A program made the translations under genes and the position numbers. Under the pieces are notes generated by a model. The model was not told the DNA's origin, made no database searches, and saw only the letters and a program-made list of their open reading frames with translations. Shown one piece after another: positions 20,628-29,728 of a DNA stretch of 57,855 bases. Location of the stretch: assembly GCA_030754595.1 (NCBI GenBank), contig JASLZZ010000130.1:1-57855 (forward strand). Direction: 5' to 3'. Source of the DNA: Nitrospinota bacterium. Lineage in GTDB: Bacteria; UBA8248. The stretch's first letter is position 1. The number at the start of each line of letters is the position of its first letter.

Positions 20628-21581
20628 ATGAAAATATCCCTGGTGACTCCAGCCCCTCCCCGCTCCCGTAAGGGAAACCGCGTCACCGCGATTTCGTGGT
20701 CGCGCCACCTCCGGGCCCTGGGCCACCGCGTCTACATCGAAGAGAAATACACCGGGCGCGGTTGCGATCTGCTGATCGCCCTTCACGCACGGCGAAGCTT
20801 CCCCTCCGTCGCGCGGTTCCGGGAGGCGCACCCCGGCCTGCCGCTGATCGTCGGGCTCACCGGAACCGACCTCTACCAAGATATCCGCACCAACGCCGAC
20901 GCCCGGCTTTCCCTCGAGCTGGCCGACCGCCTGATCGTCCTTCAGTCGATGGGAGTGGAAGAGCTGCCCAGGCGTCACCGTGGCAAGGCACGGGTAATCG
21001 TCCAGTCCGTCAAAGCGCCCGCCGGTGATTTCCAGCCGCGCAAGGGTTCCTTCGAGGTATGCGTTGTCGGCCATCTGAGATCGGTTAAGGATCCGTTTCG
21101 CGCGGCGAAGGCCACCCGGCTGCTCAAGCCTCCCTCGAAAATTAAGGTGGTCCAGGCGGGAGGCGCCCTGACCAAAGAGATGGCGGATCAGGCCCGAAGC
21201 GAAGCGAAGACCAACCCGCGCTATAAGTGGATCGGAGAGATACCCCGCTGGAAGGCCCTACGGCTTATATCGAGAAGCCGGCTTCACGTCCTCAGCTCGG
21301 AAATGGAAGGCGGCGCCAATGTGCTCTGCGAGGCCATCGCTTGCTCGGTGCCGACGCTGGCATCCCGTATTTCGGGCTCCATCGGACTGCTGGGGGAGGA
21401 CTATCCTGGCTACTTCGAGGTGAAGGACACCGACAGGCTCGCGTCGATGCTGGACCGGGCCGAAAAAGACGCCGATTATTACCGCGAGCTCAAAAACTGG
21501 AGCAAGCGGATCAAGCCTATCGTCTCGCCTTCGACCGAGCGCAAATGCTGGAAGGACCTGATCGCCGAATTCTCGGCCTGA
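20628..21581 (+). CDS. senB: Selenosugar synthase SenB (TIGR04348-type glycosyltransferase)
   Basis: VTPAP..GNRVTA..W, LIALHARRS, LTGTDLY, VGHLRSVKDP, SSEMEGGANV and GLLGEDYPGYF; adjacent to an EgtB-like gene. Confidence 0.85.
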   Translation: MKISLVTPAPPRSRKGNRVTAISWSRHLRALGHRVYIEEKYTGRGCDLLIALHARRSFPSVARFREAHPGLPLIVGLTGTDLYQDIRTNADARLSLELADRLIVLQSMGVEELPRRHRGKARVIVQSVKAPAGDFQPRKGSFEVCVVGHLRSVKDPFRAAKATRLLKPPSKIKVVQAGGALTKEMADQARSEAKTNPRYKWIGEIPRWKALRLISRSRLHVLSSEMEGGANVLCEAIACSVPTLASRISGSIGLLGEDYPGYFEVKDTDRLASMLDRAEKDADYYRELKNWSKRIKPIVSPSTERKCWKDLIAEFSA

Positions 21582-21587
21582 TCGCCC

Positions 21588-22556
21588 TCAGTCGATTCTC
21601 AGATAGACGACGGCGAACAACCACCCTGCATCCGTCCAAACCCGCTCGGCCGTAAAGCCAACCTCCGCCGCGAACGCCGAAAAATCCTCGATGTCGTATT
21701 TGTGCGAATTTTCGGTATGGATGGCCTCGCCCTCCCGGAAGGCAAAGGCCTCCCCGCCCAGCCTCACGCTTTGGTCCGCCCGGCTCACCAGATGGCTTTC
21801 GATTCGCCGTTCGCCGTAATTATAGAATGCGAAGTGATCGAATTTCTCGAGATCGAAATCGGCGTCAAGCTCCCGGTTCATCCTGCGGAGAATGTTTTTA
21901 TTGAACTCCGCCGTCACACCCAGGCCGTCGTTATAGGCGGCCTCGAGCCTTTCAACGTCCTTGATGAGATCGATTCCGACCAAAAGCCCTCCTCCGCTCC
22001 CACAGGTTTTTGCCATGTTTTTCAGAAGCACCGCCGCCTCCTCCGGCGTCAGGTTGCCTATCGTGGAGCCGGGAAAATAGGCAACGGCACGCGCGGGCTT
22101 CCGCTTCGTCGGCGGCAGATCGAAGGGCTCGGAGAAATTAGCGCAGACGGGAAGAAACTCGATTTTCGGGAAAATCGCGGCCAGATCCTTCGCCGATCGA
22201 ATCAGGAACTCCCGCGATATATCCACTGGAATGCACGCAGCCGGCTCAATCAGGCGCTCCAGGAGGATGCGCGTCTTCAGGGCCGAGCCGATCCCGTACT
22301 CGACAATGGCGCATCCCGGACCGATGGCCTCGGCCATCTCGGAGGCATACTCTTGCATGATGGCGATCTCGGTGCGCGTCGGGTAGTACTCCTCGAGTTC
22401 GCAAATCCGCGCGAAAAGCTCCGAACCCCGCTCATCGTAGAAATAGTTGCAGGGGAGGGTTTTCCGGGGCTTCCGCAGGCCCGACAGCGCTTCCTCGAGA
22501 AAGCTGGCGGCGGTGGGCTCGCAATCAATTAGCTGGATTCCCTCAAACAGGTTCAC
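21588..22556 (-). CDS. egtD: L-histidine N-alpha-methyltransferase (hercynine synthesis)
   Basis: KTLP..YFYDERGSELF..ICELEEYYPTRTE, FPGSTIGN, AAYND..GVTAEFNKN and IHTENSHKY; GTG start after a GAGG RBS. Confidence 0.92.
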   Translation of the reverse strand: MNLFEGIQLIDCEPTAASFLEEALSGLRKPRKTLPCNYFYDERGSELFARICELEEYYPTRTEIAIMQEYASEMAEAIGPGCAIVEYGIGSALKTRILLERLIEPAACIPVDISREFLIRSAKDLAAIFPKIEFLPVCANFSEPFDLPPTKRKPARAVAYFPGSTIGNLTPEEAAVLLKNMAKTCGSGGGLLVGIDLIKDVERLEAAYNDGLGVTAEFNKNILRRMNRELDADFDLEKFDHFAFYNYGERRIESHLVSRADQSVRLGGEAFAFREGEAIHTENSHKYDIEDFSAFAAEVGFTAERVWTDAGWLFAVVYLRID

Positions 22557-22753
22557 ACGGACCTCTTTGACAATCTTCCCGCCGGCGGGCGGGCGAGAAA
22601 ATTCCGGGCCGGGGCCCTTTTCGAATTTACACATATGGGTCGATGATAGGGCGTGAAACACTCATTCAAAGACAGAGTGAGCATGAACTCCCGGCAGGGT
22701 AGCACAAAGATCGGCCGATTCAACCGAATGCGCCCGGCCGCCTTGGGACTCAC

Positions 22754-24274
22754 CTATAACCGGGGCGCGAGGCGCAGCCCCTCCGGTACGAAGAACCGCT
22801 CGGTCAGATCGAACCCCCACTGAACTATCAGGGCGAGCGCCGCGGCGGGCACCGCCCCCTCGAGGATGAGCCCTACATCGTCAAGCCGGATGCCCGTCAG
22901 GATCGGCTGGCCGTATCCCCCGGCCCCGATGAGGGCGCCAAGCGTCGCCGTGCCCACATTGATCACAGCCGAGGTCTTCACGCCCGCCAGGATGGAGCGC
23001 GAGGCCATGGGAAGTTCTACCCGCCGCAGCCGCGCCAGGGGCGGAAGACCCAGCGCCGCCGCCGACTCCCTGAGGCCCGCCGGAATATCGTGGAGACCGG
23101 CGTGGGTGTTCCGCACGATGGGAAGCAGGCTGTACAGAAACAGCGCCATTATCGCCGGCGGCCCGCCGATGCCGAGAAGCGGGATCATGAACACGAGGAC
23201 GGCGAGCGAGGGGATCGTCTGAATGACGCCGACGGCGCCGAGTATGAATCGCCCCGTGGCCTGCCGCCTGGCGGCGACAATCCCCAATGGTATAGAGACG
23301 AAAATAGCGGCGCCCAGGGAGATCAGAACCAGATAGAGGTGATCGCGGGTGTTACGCAGAAGCCGCCGCCAGCGCGTATTCTCTACGGCGGACGACTGGA
23401 CGCCGAGCGATTCCCGGAGAAAATCGGACGCCACCCGCCTCTCCGGAGTCTTCTCGATTTTCGCCCGGGCGTTCAGCCCGATCATCCGGCCCTCGCCGAT
23501 TCGCCCCTCGAGGCGGAGGACGGAGCGCACGGCCGCCGGGGCAGTATTTTCGAGCTCCGTTCTGTAGAGGATCACGGCATCATAGCGGGGGAAGTGGCCC
23601 AGGTCATCCTCGAGGGCGAGCAGGTCGTAATACCGGATATCCGCGTCGGTTGAGTAGAGATCGATCACCTGAACGCTTCCGCTTTCGAGCGCCCGGTAGG
23701 CGATGTCGTGGTCGAGTCCGCGGACAAACGTCTGGGGAAGGCGGTATCGGCCCCTGAGGCTGGGCCATCCGTCCCCCCGGTTCATGAACTCATTCGTAAG
23801 CCCGAACTTCAGGGCCGGGCGCGCACGGAGATCCGAGATCGAACGGATGCCGAGCTTGCCCGCAACCTCTTTTTTCATTCCCATCGCGTAGGTGTTGTTG
23901 AAGCCGATGGGGCGGCTCATCGAGACGCCGCGCTTTTTCAGCGCCCCCCGGATGTCGACCTCTTTTTTCAGACTCCGGCCGGCCATAATTTCCTGGCCGA
24001 TGGTTCCGGTGTACTCGGGATAGATGCCCACCTCTCCGGCGAGGAGGGCGTTCCAAAGGATGCGCGTGCCGCCGAGTTCGCGGCGGTGGCGGGCGGCGCT
24101 TCCCGAGTCCCGCACGAGGCCCGCGAGAATCTCGCCGAGGATGACGGACTCGGTGAATTTCTTCGAGCCCACCGTGACTTCGTTTCCAGAGGCGGACGGG
24201 AGTACGGCGACGGCCGAGAACGCGGCGATGAAAAACGAGAGGGTAATTCCCCACGGCCCGCCGGTGAATCTCAT
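22754..24274 (-). CDS. Betaine/quaternary-amine type ABC transporter: substrate-binding domain fused to permease
   Basis: VGSKKFTES, YPEYTGT, GFNNTY and DLYSTD (OpuAC/OsmF-like), followed by TM domain QTIPSLA..ESAAALG. Start 24274 or 24283. Confidence 0.88.
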   Translation of the reverse strand: MRFTGGPWGITLSFFIAAFSAVAVLPSASGNEVTVGSKKFTESVILGEILAGLVRDSGSAARHRRELGGTRILWNALLAGEVGIYPEYTGTIGQEIMAGRSLKKEVDIRGALKKRGVSMSRPIGFNNTYAMGMKKEVAGKLGIRSISDLRARPALKFGLTNEFMNRGDGWPSLRGRYRLPQTFVRGLDHDIAYRALESGSVQVIDLYSTDADIRYYDLLALEDDLGHFPRYDAVILYRTELENTAPAAVRSVLRLEGRIGEGRMIGLNARAKIEKTPERRVASDFLRESLGVQSSAVENTRWRRLLRNTRDHLYLVLISLGAAIFVSIPLGIVAARRQATGRFILGAVGVIQTIPSLAVLVFMIPLLGIGGPPAIMALFLYSLLPIVRNTHAGLHDIPAGLRESAAALGLPPLARLRRVELPMASRSILAGVKTSAVINVGTATLGALIGAGGYGQPILTGIRLDDVGLILEGAVPAAALALIVQWGFDLTERFFVPEGLRLAPRL

Positions 24275-25023
24275 TCGCCCCACCCGCCCATGGCATCGAG
24301 CGGGCTCCGCTGGGCGTTGATGAAGCGGGTGACGAAATCATCCGCCGGCCGGCGGAGGAGATCCTCGAGGCTGCCCTGCTGATGGATTAGACCCTCTTTC
24401 ATCAGAAAAATGTCGTCTCCGAAAAAACCCGCCTCGCCGATATCGTGCGTTACCATGACCACGGTTTTGTTCAGTTGCCGGAAAATTTTCCGGAGATCGT
24501 CCTGGAGTTCATGGCGAATCATCGGGTCGAGCGCACCGAGCGGCTCGTCGAGAAGCAACACTTCGGGGTCGAGCATGAGGGCGCGCATGAGGCTGACGCG
24601 CTGGCGCTGGCCGCCGGAAAGTTGGGCGGGAAACCGGTCAAGCCCACCCCTGGGGAACCGGGTCAGGGAGGCGAGCTCTTCAAGGCGGCCCTCGATCCGC
24701 TCGCCGGGCCATTTCAGGTGGCGGGCCATCAGCGTCACATTGTCTCGGGCCGTCAGGTGGGGAAAAAGCCCTCCGTCCTGGATGACATAGCCCAGCCGCA
24801 GCCTCAGAGCGAGAATATTCGAGGGAACGAGGCGATCACCGTCCAAAAAGACCTCGCCCGAGTCCGGGGGGACGAGGCCGATCATGAGCCGAAGGAGGGT
24901 GCTCTTGCCGCATCCGCTCCGCCCGATCAGAACGCTGGTCCGCCCCGGTTTGACCTCGATCGAGAGCGGACCGGCCGCGCGCGCACCGCCGTAGGATTTC
25001 GACACCCCTTCGAGCTTCAGCAA
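24271..25023 (-). CDS. ABC transporter ATP-binding subunit (OpuBA/ProV-like, no CBS domains)
   Basis: GRSGCGKST, LGYVIQDGGLFPH, LSGGQRQR and LLLDEP. Confidence 0.9.
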   Translation of the reverse strand: MLKLEGVSKSYGGARAAGPLSIEVKPGRTSVLIGRSGCGKSTLLRLMIGLVPPDSGEVFLDGDRLVPSNILALRLRLGYVIQDGGLFPHLTARDNVTLMARHLKWPGERIEGRLEELASLTRFPRGGLDRFPAQLSGGQRQRVSLMRALMLDPEVLLLDEPLGALDPMIRHELQDDLRKIFRQLNKTVVMVTHDIGEAGFFGDDIFLMKEGLIHQQGSLEDLLRRPADDFVTRFINAQRSPLDAMGGWGE

Positions 25024-25215
25024 ATGGAACCTCCCGCCAAAATCTCAGTCACTTTATCACATCCTTGCGGCGGAAGCCGAACGGAGTCGCAGGCCAATAA
25101 CTGAAATACGGGATGGGTAACCGCGAATAAGGATGGTTTAATCGGGAGCGTCAGAGAGCCGGGAGTCCATTAACCCTCCGGTGGCAGGGGGCGAAGACCC
25201 CGGAGAGAGACGAAA

Positions 25216-25494
25216 CTAGGCGGCGTGGCCTACGGCGAGTTCGTGCATGGAGATATGACAAGGGAAGTAGAGAACCTCTCCCCGCGGGTCTTCGATGACG
25301 ACCGTGCAGGATCCGAATTCCTTCAGCATTCTCAGGAGCGAGTTAATTTCCCACTCCTCGCGCCGCCTGACGCCGATGCTCCAGATAAGACGTTCGGAGA
25401 GTTCTCCAATGGACTCGTCCACCCTCCAGGTAATGCTCGGATGCTCCTCGGAGTAAAAGTCCACGATAAACCCTCCTAAATTACTAGAGGTCAT
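25216..25494 (-). CDS. Hypothetical protein (92 aa)
   Basis: Protein-like composition and a GAGG RBS before ATG; no recognised family. Confidence 0.5.
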   Translation of the reverse strand: MTSSNLGGFIVDFYSEEHPSITWRVDESIGELSERLIWSIGVRRREEWEINSLLRMLKEFGSCTVVIEDPRGEVLYFPCHISMHELAVGHAA

Positions 25495-25606
25495 TTCATA
25501 ACCTCTTTCGCGGAATCTTCGTCCGTCAAAGGCCTTGATTTTATCGGCCTTCTCACAGGGGTGGAAACCTCGGGAATGGATTATGAAATGACTTCTAATT
25601 ATTTTG
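25476..25606. repeat. Imperfect 26-bp inverted repeat flanking a 79-bp spacer
   Basis: Reverse complement of 25476-25501 (ttatgaaatgacctctagtaatttag) versus 25581-25606 (ttatgaaatgacttctaattattttg): 22/26 identical. Confidence 0.75.
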
Positions 25607-25738
25607 AGCATTTTTCCTGGAACAGGGATTGCGGCCCTGCCCGCCGGAAATCCTCTGATCCTTCATCATCTCTTATCGGCCGGAATCGGCCCGGCCTTAA
25701 TGGAAAAACCGAGAATGAAAAATCGAGGAAATCGGACG

Positions 25739-26710
25739 CTATCTTCCCGCCTCCGGGGCGAGGCAGGTTCGAAGGGAGGAGGTCATCCGCCTCATCAGCG
25801 AAAAATACATGTCTCCGCCCGGCTTCAGGTCCGCACCGAGAGGATCGAGCACCCCCAATCTCGCGCCTGTTCCCTCCATCACCATTTTGGCCAGCCGAGG
25901 AGTAAACTGAGGTTCGGCTAAAATACAGGCCACCCGGAGTGAGCGAATTGTACTCCGAATTAGCGTGAGACGCTTCGCCCCCGGCCGCCGTCCGGGAGCG
26001 ACGGCGATGGCTCCCGCCGGGCTCAGGCCGAACCGCGACTCAAAATACCGGTAAGCATCGTGAAATACGACATAGGGCGCCCCCGCCAGAGGATCTAGCT
26101 CCGCGCGGATTTCACCGGTGAGCGAACCGAGCCTTTGGGACAGCGCCGCCGCATTTTTCTGGTAGAGCGCCGCGTTCGCCGGGTCCACACGGCTCAACTC
26201 CGCCGCGATTTTTCGCGCCATGTGCTGGGCGTTTTGGGGGTCGAGCCAGATATGTGGGTCGGTTCCTCCGCCGTCTCCGGCCTGCGCCTCCTTGAGGTTG
26301 CCGCCCCCAGCCTCCCATGCCCTTGCCCGGTGGACCCCTGCCCGACGGGCTGGAAGGAGAATAAGGCCCTTCGCCTCCGAGAGCGTAACGAGCGCGCCGC
26401 GCCGAAGAAGGGACACAAGCGGCCGCTTAAGAGCGGTTTCGAGCCCCTCTCCCACCCAGAATACGAGACGGGCCCGCCGAAGCGCCCGCGCCCCCGAGGG
26501 CCTCAGGGCATAGGAATGTGGGGAGGCCGCACCGCGTATGAGGAGAGCCGGCTCCCCCGCCCCCCGCATCACGCCCGCCACCAGGGAGTGAATCGGCTTG
26601 ATGGTGGCGACGACCGCAGGCGCCACCCCTGCCTGAGCAGCGGCGCGGGCAGCGGCTGGGATGGTAAGCAGAGAGCCGGCGAGCAGCAGGCCGGTCAGTG
26701 ATCGCCTCAT
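25739..26710 (-). CDS. znuA: Zinc ABC transporter substrate-binding protein
   Basis: VVATIKPIHSL, ASPHSY, DPHIWLDP, VFHDAY and LDPLG; signal peptide. Confidence 0.9.
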   Translation of the reverse strand: MRRSLTGLLLAGSLLTIPAAARAAAQAGVAPAVVATIKPIHSLVAGVMRGAGEPALLIRGAASPHSYALRPSGARALRRARLVFWVGEGLETALKRPLVSLLRRGALVTLSEAKGLILLPARRAGVHRARAWEAGGGNLKEAQAGDGGGTDPHIWLDPQNAQHMARKIAAELSRVDPANAALYQKNAAALSQRLGSLTGEIRAELDPLAGAPYVVFHDAYRYFESRFGLSPAGAIAVAPGRRPGAKRLTLIRSTIRSLRVACILAEPQFTPRLAKMVMEGTGARLGVLDPLGADLKPGGDMYFSLMRRMTSSLRTCLAPEAGR

Positions 26711-26772
26711 CAAAAGATCCTCAAAATATAATTTATTCAATAGGGCGAAAATTTCGATCTTCCCGCCGATAT

Positions 26773-26790
26773 TTATGTTATAACATAACA
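26773..26790. promoter_or_regulatory. Zur box in the divergent znuA / zur-znuCB promoter
   Basis: Perfect palindrome ttatgttataacataa overlapping TGTTATnnnATAACA, which resembles proteobacterial Zur operators. Confidence 0.8.
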
Positions 26791-26847
26791 ATACGGGCGC
26801 CCCAAGGGGTTTCAGAGAGCCTCGGCAGCATACCCGGGCGCTCGATA

Positions 26848-26965
26848 GGCGTTTCGAATCAAGGGGGGCCGGGCGTTTCGGCTCATGCGGGATCGGGCAT
26901 TCCGAATCAAGCGGGGCCGGCGTTCCGGCTCACGCGGGTTCGGGGGTTCCGACTCAAGTGGGCTC
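26848..26965 (+). repeat. Degenerate tandem repeat of about 24 bp, five units
   Basis: ggcgtttcgaatcaaggggggccg / ggcgtttcggctcatgcgggatcg / ggcattccgaatcaagcggggccg / gcgttccggctcacgcgggttcg / ggggttccgactcaagtgggctc. Confidence 0.75.
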
Positions 26966-27024
26966 AAAACCCATGGCGCCCCTTTCATTACGCTCGTTTC
27001 AAAGACACTTTTCACCAGGGAGCG

Positions 27025-27735
27025 ATGATGCCGGCTCATGACCCGTGGGACCACAACCCGGAGGCTGCTTTCCTCCTCCGCGATTCCGACATTCACCCCG
27101 GGGCCGGAGGCCCCCCGGAGGACGCTTCCATCCCCCGCGATCACGGCCTCCCCCACGATCACGGGCCCGGAAAATCCACCCCGGGGGTCATCGACCCGGG
27201 GATCACGGACCCGGAGGACCCCAGTCCCGAGGACGCATTCCACCCCCGAGAACACGATCACGGCCACTGCATCGCGGACGCCCTGTTAAAGGCCGAGGCG
27301 ATCTGCACCAGACGGGGCGCCCGCCTGACGCGCATCCGCCGGAGCGTTCTTGAATTCGTCTGGGAGAGCCACTCCCCCGTCGGCGCCTACGACATTTTAG
27401 ATCGCATGAACGCAGACGGCCCCTTGCCGGGGGGCGGTCCCCGCAGCGCGCCGATCACGGTCTACCGCGCCCTCGAATTCCTGATGGCCCAGGGCCTCGT
27501 CCACCGCCTCGCCAGCATGAACGCCTACACCGGCTGCGGGCTGCCGGGCACCCCCCACGGCGCGCATTTCCTGATCTGCGACGATTGCGGCGCCGCCGCC
27601 GAGCTCCATGACACCGATATCGAGCGGGCCATCTCGCGGGGGGCCGCCCGCGCCGGTTTCGCCATAAAATCCCCCGTCGTCGAAGTGCAGGGCCGCTGCC
27701 CCGCCTGCCGGCCCTTCCAAGACGAGGCCGAGTAG
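27025..27735 (+). CDS. zur: Zinc uptake regulator (Fur family) with long N-terminal extension
   Basis: HDHGHC, GARLTRIRR, GAYDIL, PITVYRALEFL and CDDC...CPAC; within the znu locus. Confidence 0.88.
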   Translation: MMPAHDPWDHNPEAAFLLRDSDIHPGAGGPPEDASIPRDHGLPHDHGPGKSTPGVIDPGITDPEDPSPEDAFHPREHDHGHCIADALLKAEAICTRRGARLTRIRRSVLEFVWESHSPVGAYDILDRMNADGPLPGGGPRSAPITVYRALEFLMAQGLVHRLASMNAYTGCGLPGTPHGAHFLICDDCGAAAELHDTDIERAISRGAARAGFAIKSPVVEVQGRCPACRPFQDEAE

Positions 27736-28674
27736 ATGACAGCGCGACCGAGCAATGAGGTTCTGATTGGCGAGGGGGCTCTGATTGAGGGTAAAGGCAT
27801 CGGCCACGCCTTCGAAAAAAACAGCGTCCTCTCCGGCGTCGATATCTCGGTCTCCCCCGGCGAGATCGTCACCCTCATCGGCCCGAACGGCGCGGGTAAA
27901 ACCACCCTCGTCCGCGTCCTCCTCGGCCTCCTCCGGCCAGACTCAGGCGAAGTCGTGAGGCGCCCCGGCCTCGTCGTGGGCTACCTGCCCCAACAGCTCG
28001 CCATCGACCCCGTACTCCCGATGACGGTGCGCCGCCTCCTCCGGCTGACGAACCGGCCCGGTCCGGGAGAGATGACGGAAGCCCTCGCGGAAACCGGGGC
28101 GGCCCACCTGATCGACCGCGCCGTGCAGGACCTTTCGGGGGGCGAGCTACAGCGGGTCCTCCTCGCGCGGGCGCTGGCCCGGCGGCCCGACCTCCTCGTG
28201 CTCGACGAGCCCATCCAGGGAATCGACATCTCGGGCCAGACCGAGCTTTACGAGCTCATCGCCCGAATCCGGAGCCTGCGGGGCTGCGGCGTCCTGATGA
28301 TCTCCCACGACCTCCACATCGTCATGGCCTCGACCGACCGGGTCGTCTGCATCAACCGCTACCTCTGCTGCTCGGGCCACCCCGAGACCGTGAGCCGCCA
28401 CCCCGAATACATGGCCATGTTCGCCCCCCACGATGCGCGGACCCTCGCCGTCTACACCCACGACCACGATCACAGCCACGACCTCGCCGGTCATGTCGTT
28501 CCAATCGGAGATGGGGAGCATGCCTCCCCCGGCTCCCCCGATCATGCCCACGATAATTCGAGCCACGAGCATGATAACGAACACCCGGAAGATGAGGATG
28601 GCCACGACGCCTCCAGCGGAGGCGGCGCTCATCCAGGCCCTGGAAGGGCCCCCACCGGAGGTGACGCCTTTTGA
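27736..28674 (+). CDS. znuC: Zinc ABC transporter ATP-binding protein with His/acidic tail
   Basis: GPNGAGKTT, LSGGELQR, CINRYLCCSGHP and YTHDHDHSHD. Confidence 0.9.
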   Translation: MTARPSNEVLIGEGALIEGKGIGHAFEKNSVLSGVDISVSPGEIVTLIGPNGAGKTTLVRVLLGLLRPDSGEVVRRPGLVVGYLPQQLAIDPVLPMTVRRLLRLTNRPGPGEMTEALAETGAAHLIDRAVQDLSGGELQRVLLARALARRPDLLVLDEPIQGIDISGQTELYELIARIRSLRGCGVLMISHDLHIVMASTDRVVCINRYLCCSGHPETVSRHPEYMAMFAPHDARTLAVYTHDHDHSHDLAGHVVPIGDGEHASPGSPDHAHDNSSHEHDNEHPEDEDGHDASSGGGAHPGPGRAPTGGDAF

Positions 28675-29474
28675 TCTTCGAGGACTTCATCTGGCGCGCC
28701 CTGCTCGGCGGGGCCGGAGTCGCGTCGGTCAGCGGCCCGCTGGGCTGCTTCATCGTCTGGCGGCGAATGGCCTATTTCGGGGACTCGGTGGCGCACAGCG
28801 CCCTGCTCGGCGTCGCCCTCGGGTTTTTCTTCGGAATCGACATCAGGCTCGGCACGCTCATCGCCTGCGTCTCGCTCGCCCTTTTTCTCGTTCTCCTTCA
28901 GGGGCAAAAGCGGCTCTCCTCTGACACGATACTCGGCATCCTCGCGCACACCGCGCTCTCGGTCGGCCTCGTCACGATCAGCTTCATGGAATCGCTCCGG
29001 GTGGACCTGATCGGCTACCTTTTAGGCGACATCCTCTCGGTCACGGCATCCGACATCGGATGGATATACGGCGGCGGGGCGCTCGCGCTCGTCTGGCTCG
29101 CCCTGATCTGGCGTTCCCTGATGGCCATCACCGTCCACGAGGAACTCGCGCGGGCTGAGGGTATCCCGGTCTGGGCGGTCCGGGTCTCCTTCATGGCGCT
29201 CATCGCGTTCGTGATCGCAATCGCCATGAAGATCATCGGCATCCTCCTGATCACCTCGCTGCTCATCATCCCCGCCGCCACCGCGCGTCGCTTTTCCAGA
29301 ACCCCCGAGCAGATGGCCGCCCTCGCCGCCCTTTTCGGCGGGCTCGCCGTCCTCGGGGGAATCATGGCCTCGCTCAGATGGGACACCCCGTCCGGGCCAT
29401 CGGTTGTGGTGGCCGCCGCGGCGCTGTTTGCCGTTAGTTCGATGGGGGGTGTGGTTTTGGGGAGAGCGAGGTGA
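28671..29474 (+). CDS. znuB: Zinc ABC transporter permease
   Basis: GPLGCFIVWRRMAYFGD..AHSALLG and LLIIPAATAR. Confidence 0.92.
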   Translation: MIFEDFIWRALLGGAGVASVSGPLGCFIVWRRMAYFGDSVAHSALLGVALGFFFGIDIRLGTLIACVSLALFLVLLQGQKRLSSDTILGILAHTALSVGLVTISFMESLRVDLIGYLLGDILSVTASDIGWIYGGGALALVWLALIWRSLMAITVHEELARAEGIPVWAVRVSFMALIAFVIAIAMKIIGILLITSLLIIPAATARRFSRTPEQMAALAALFGGLAVLGGIMASLRWDTPSGPSVVVAAAALFAVSSMGGVVLGRAR

Positions 29475-29575
29475 GTTTTTACGGTGAAAAACCTGTATTC
29501 TCTGCCGGGTAGTTTAGAATGGTGTTCCATGAACTCAATAATTAGACTCAAAATTTAATATGCCGGAGATGGAAA

Positions 29576-29728
29576 ATGCCGAAACCGGAAGACATGAAAC
29601 TTTTCGAGGCGCTGGAGGATTCCGTGGACAACGAGGAAGTCGATAAAATTCTCGCGCGCATCGAGAGCGGCGAGGAAGAAGTACTCGACTGGGCCGAGGC
29701 GAAGATGGAATTGCGGGGGGAAGATTAG
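29576..29728 (+). CDS. 50-aa acidic ORF resembling the C-terminal half of a type II antitoxin
   Basis: MPKPEDMKLFEALEDSVDNEEVDKILARIESGEEEVLDWAEAKMELRGED; below the ORF-track size cutoff; GGAG upstream. Confidence 0.4.
   Translation: MPKPEDMKLFEALEDSVDNEEVDKILARIESGEEEVLDWAEAKMELRGED

Noticed and set aside
25024..25215. Riboswitch upstream of the betaine-type ABC operon
   Set aside because: No recognisable aptamer consensus by eye; an Rfam/Infernal scan would be needed to exclude one.
26848..26965. CRISPR array
   Set aside because: The units are contiguous and degenerate, with no unique spacers and no cas genes.
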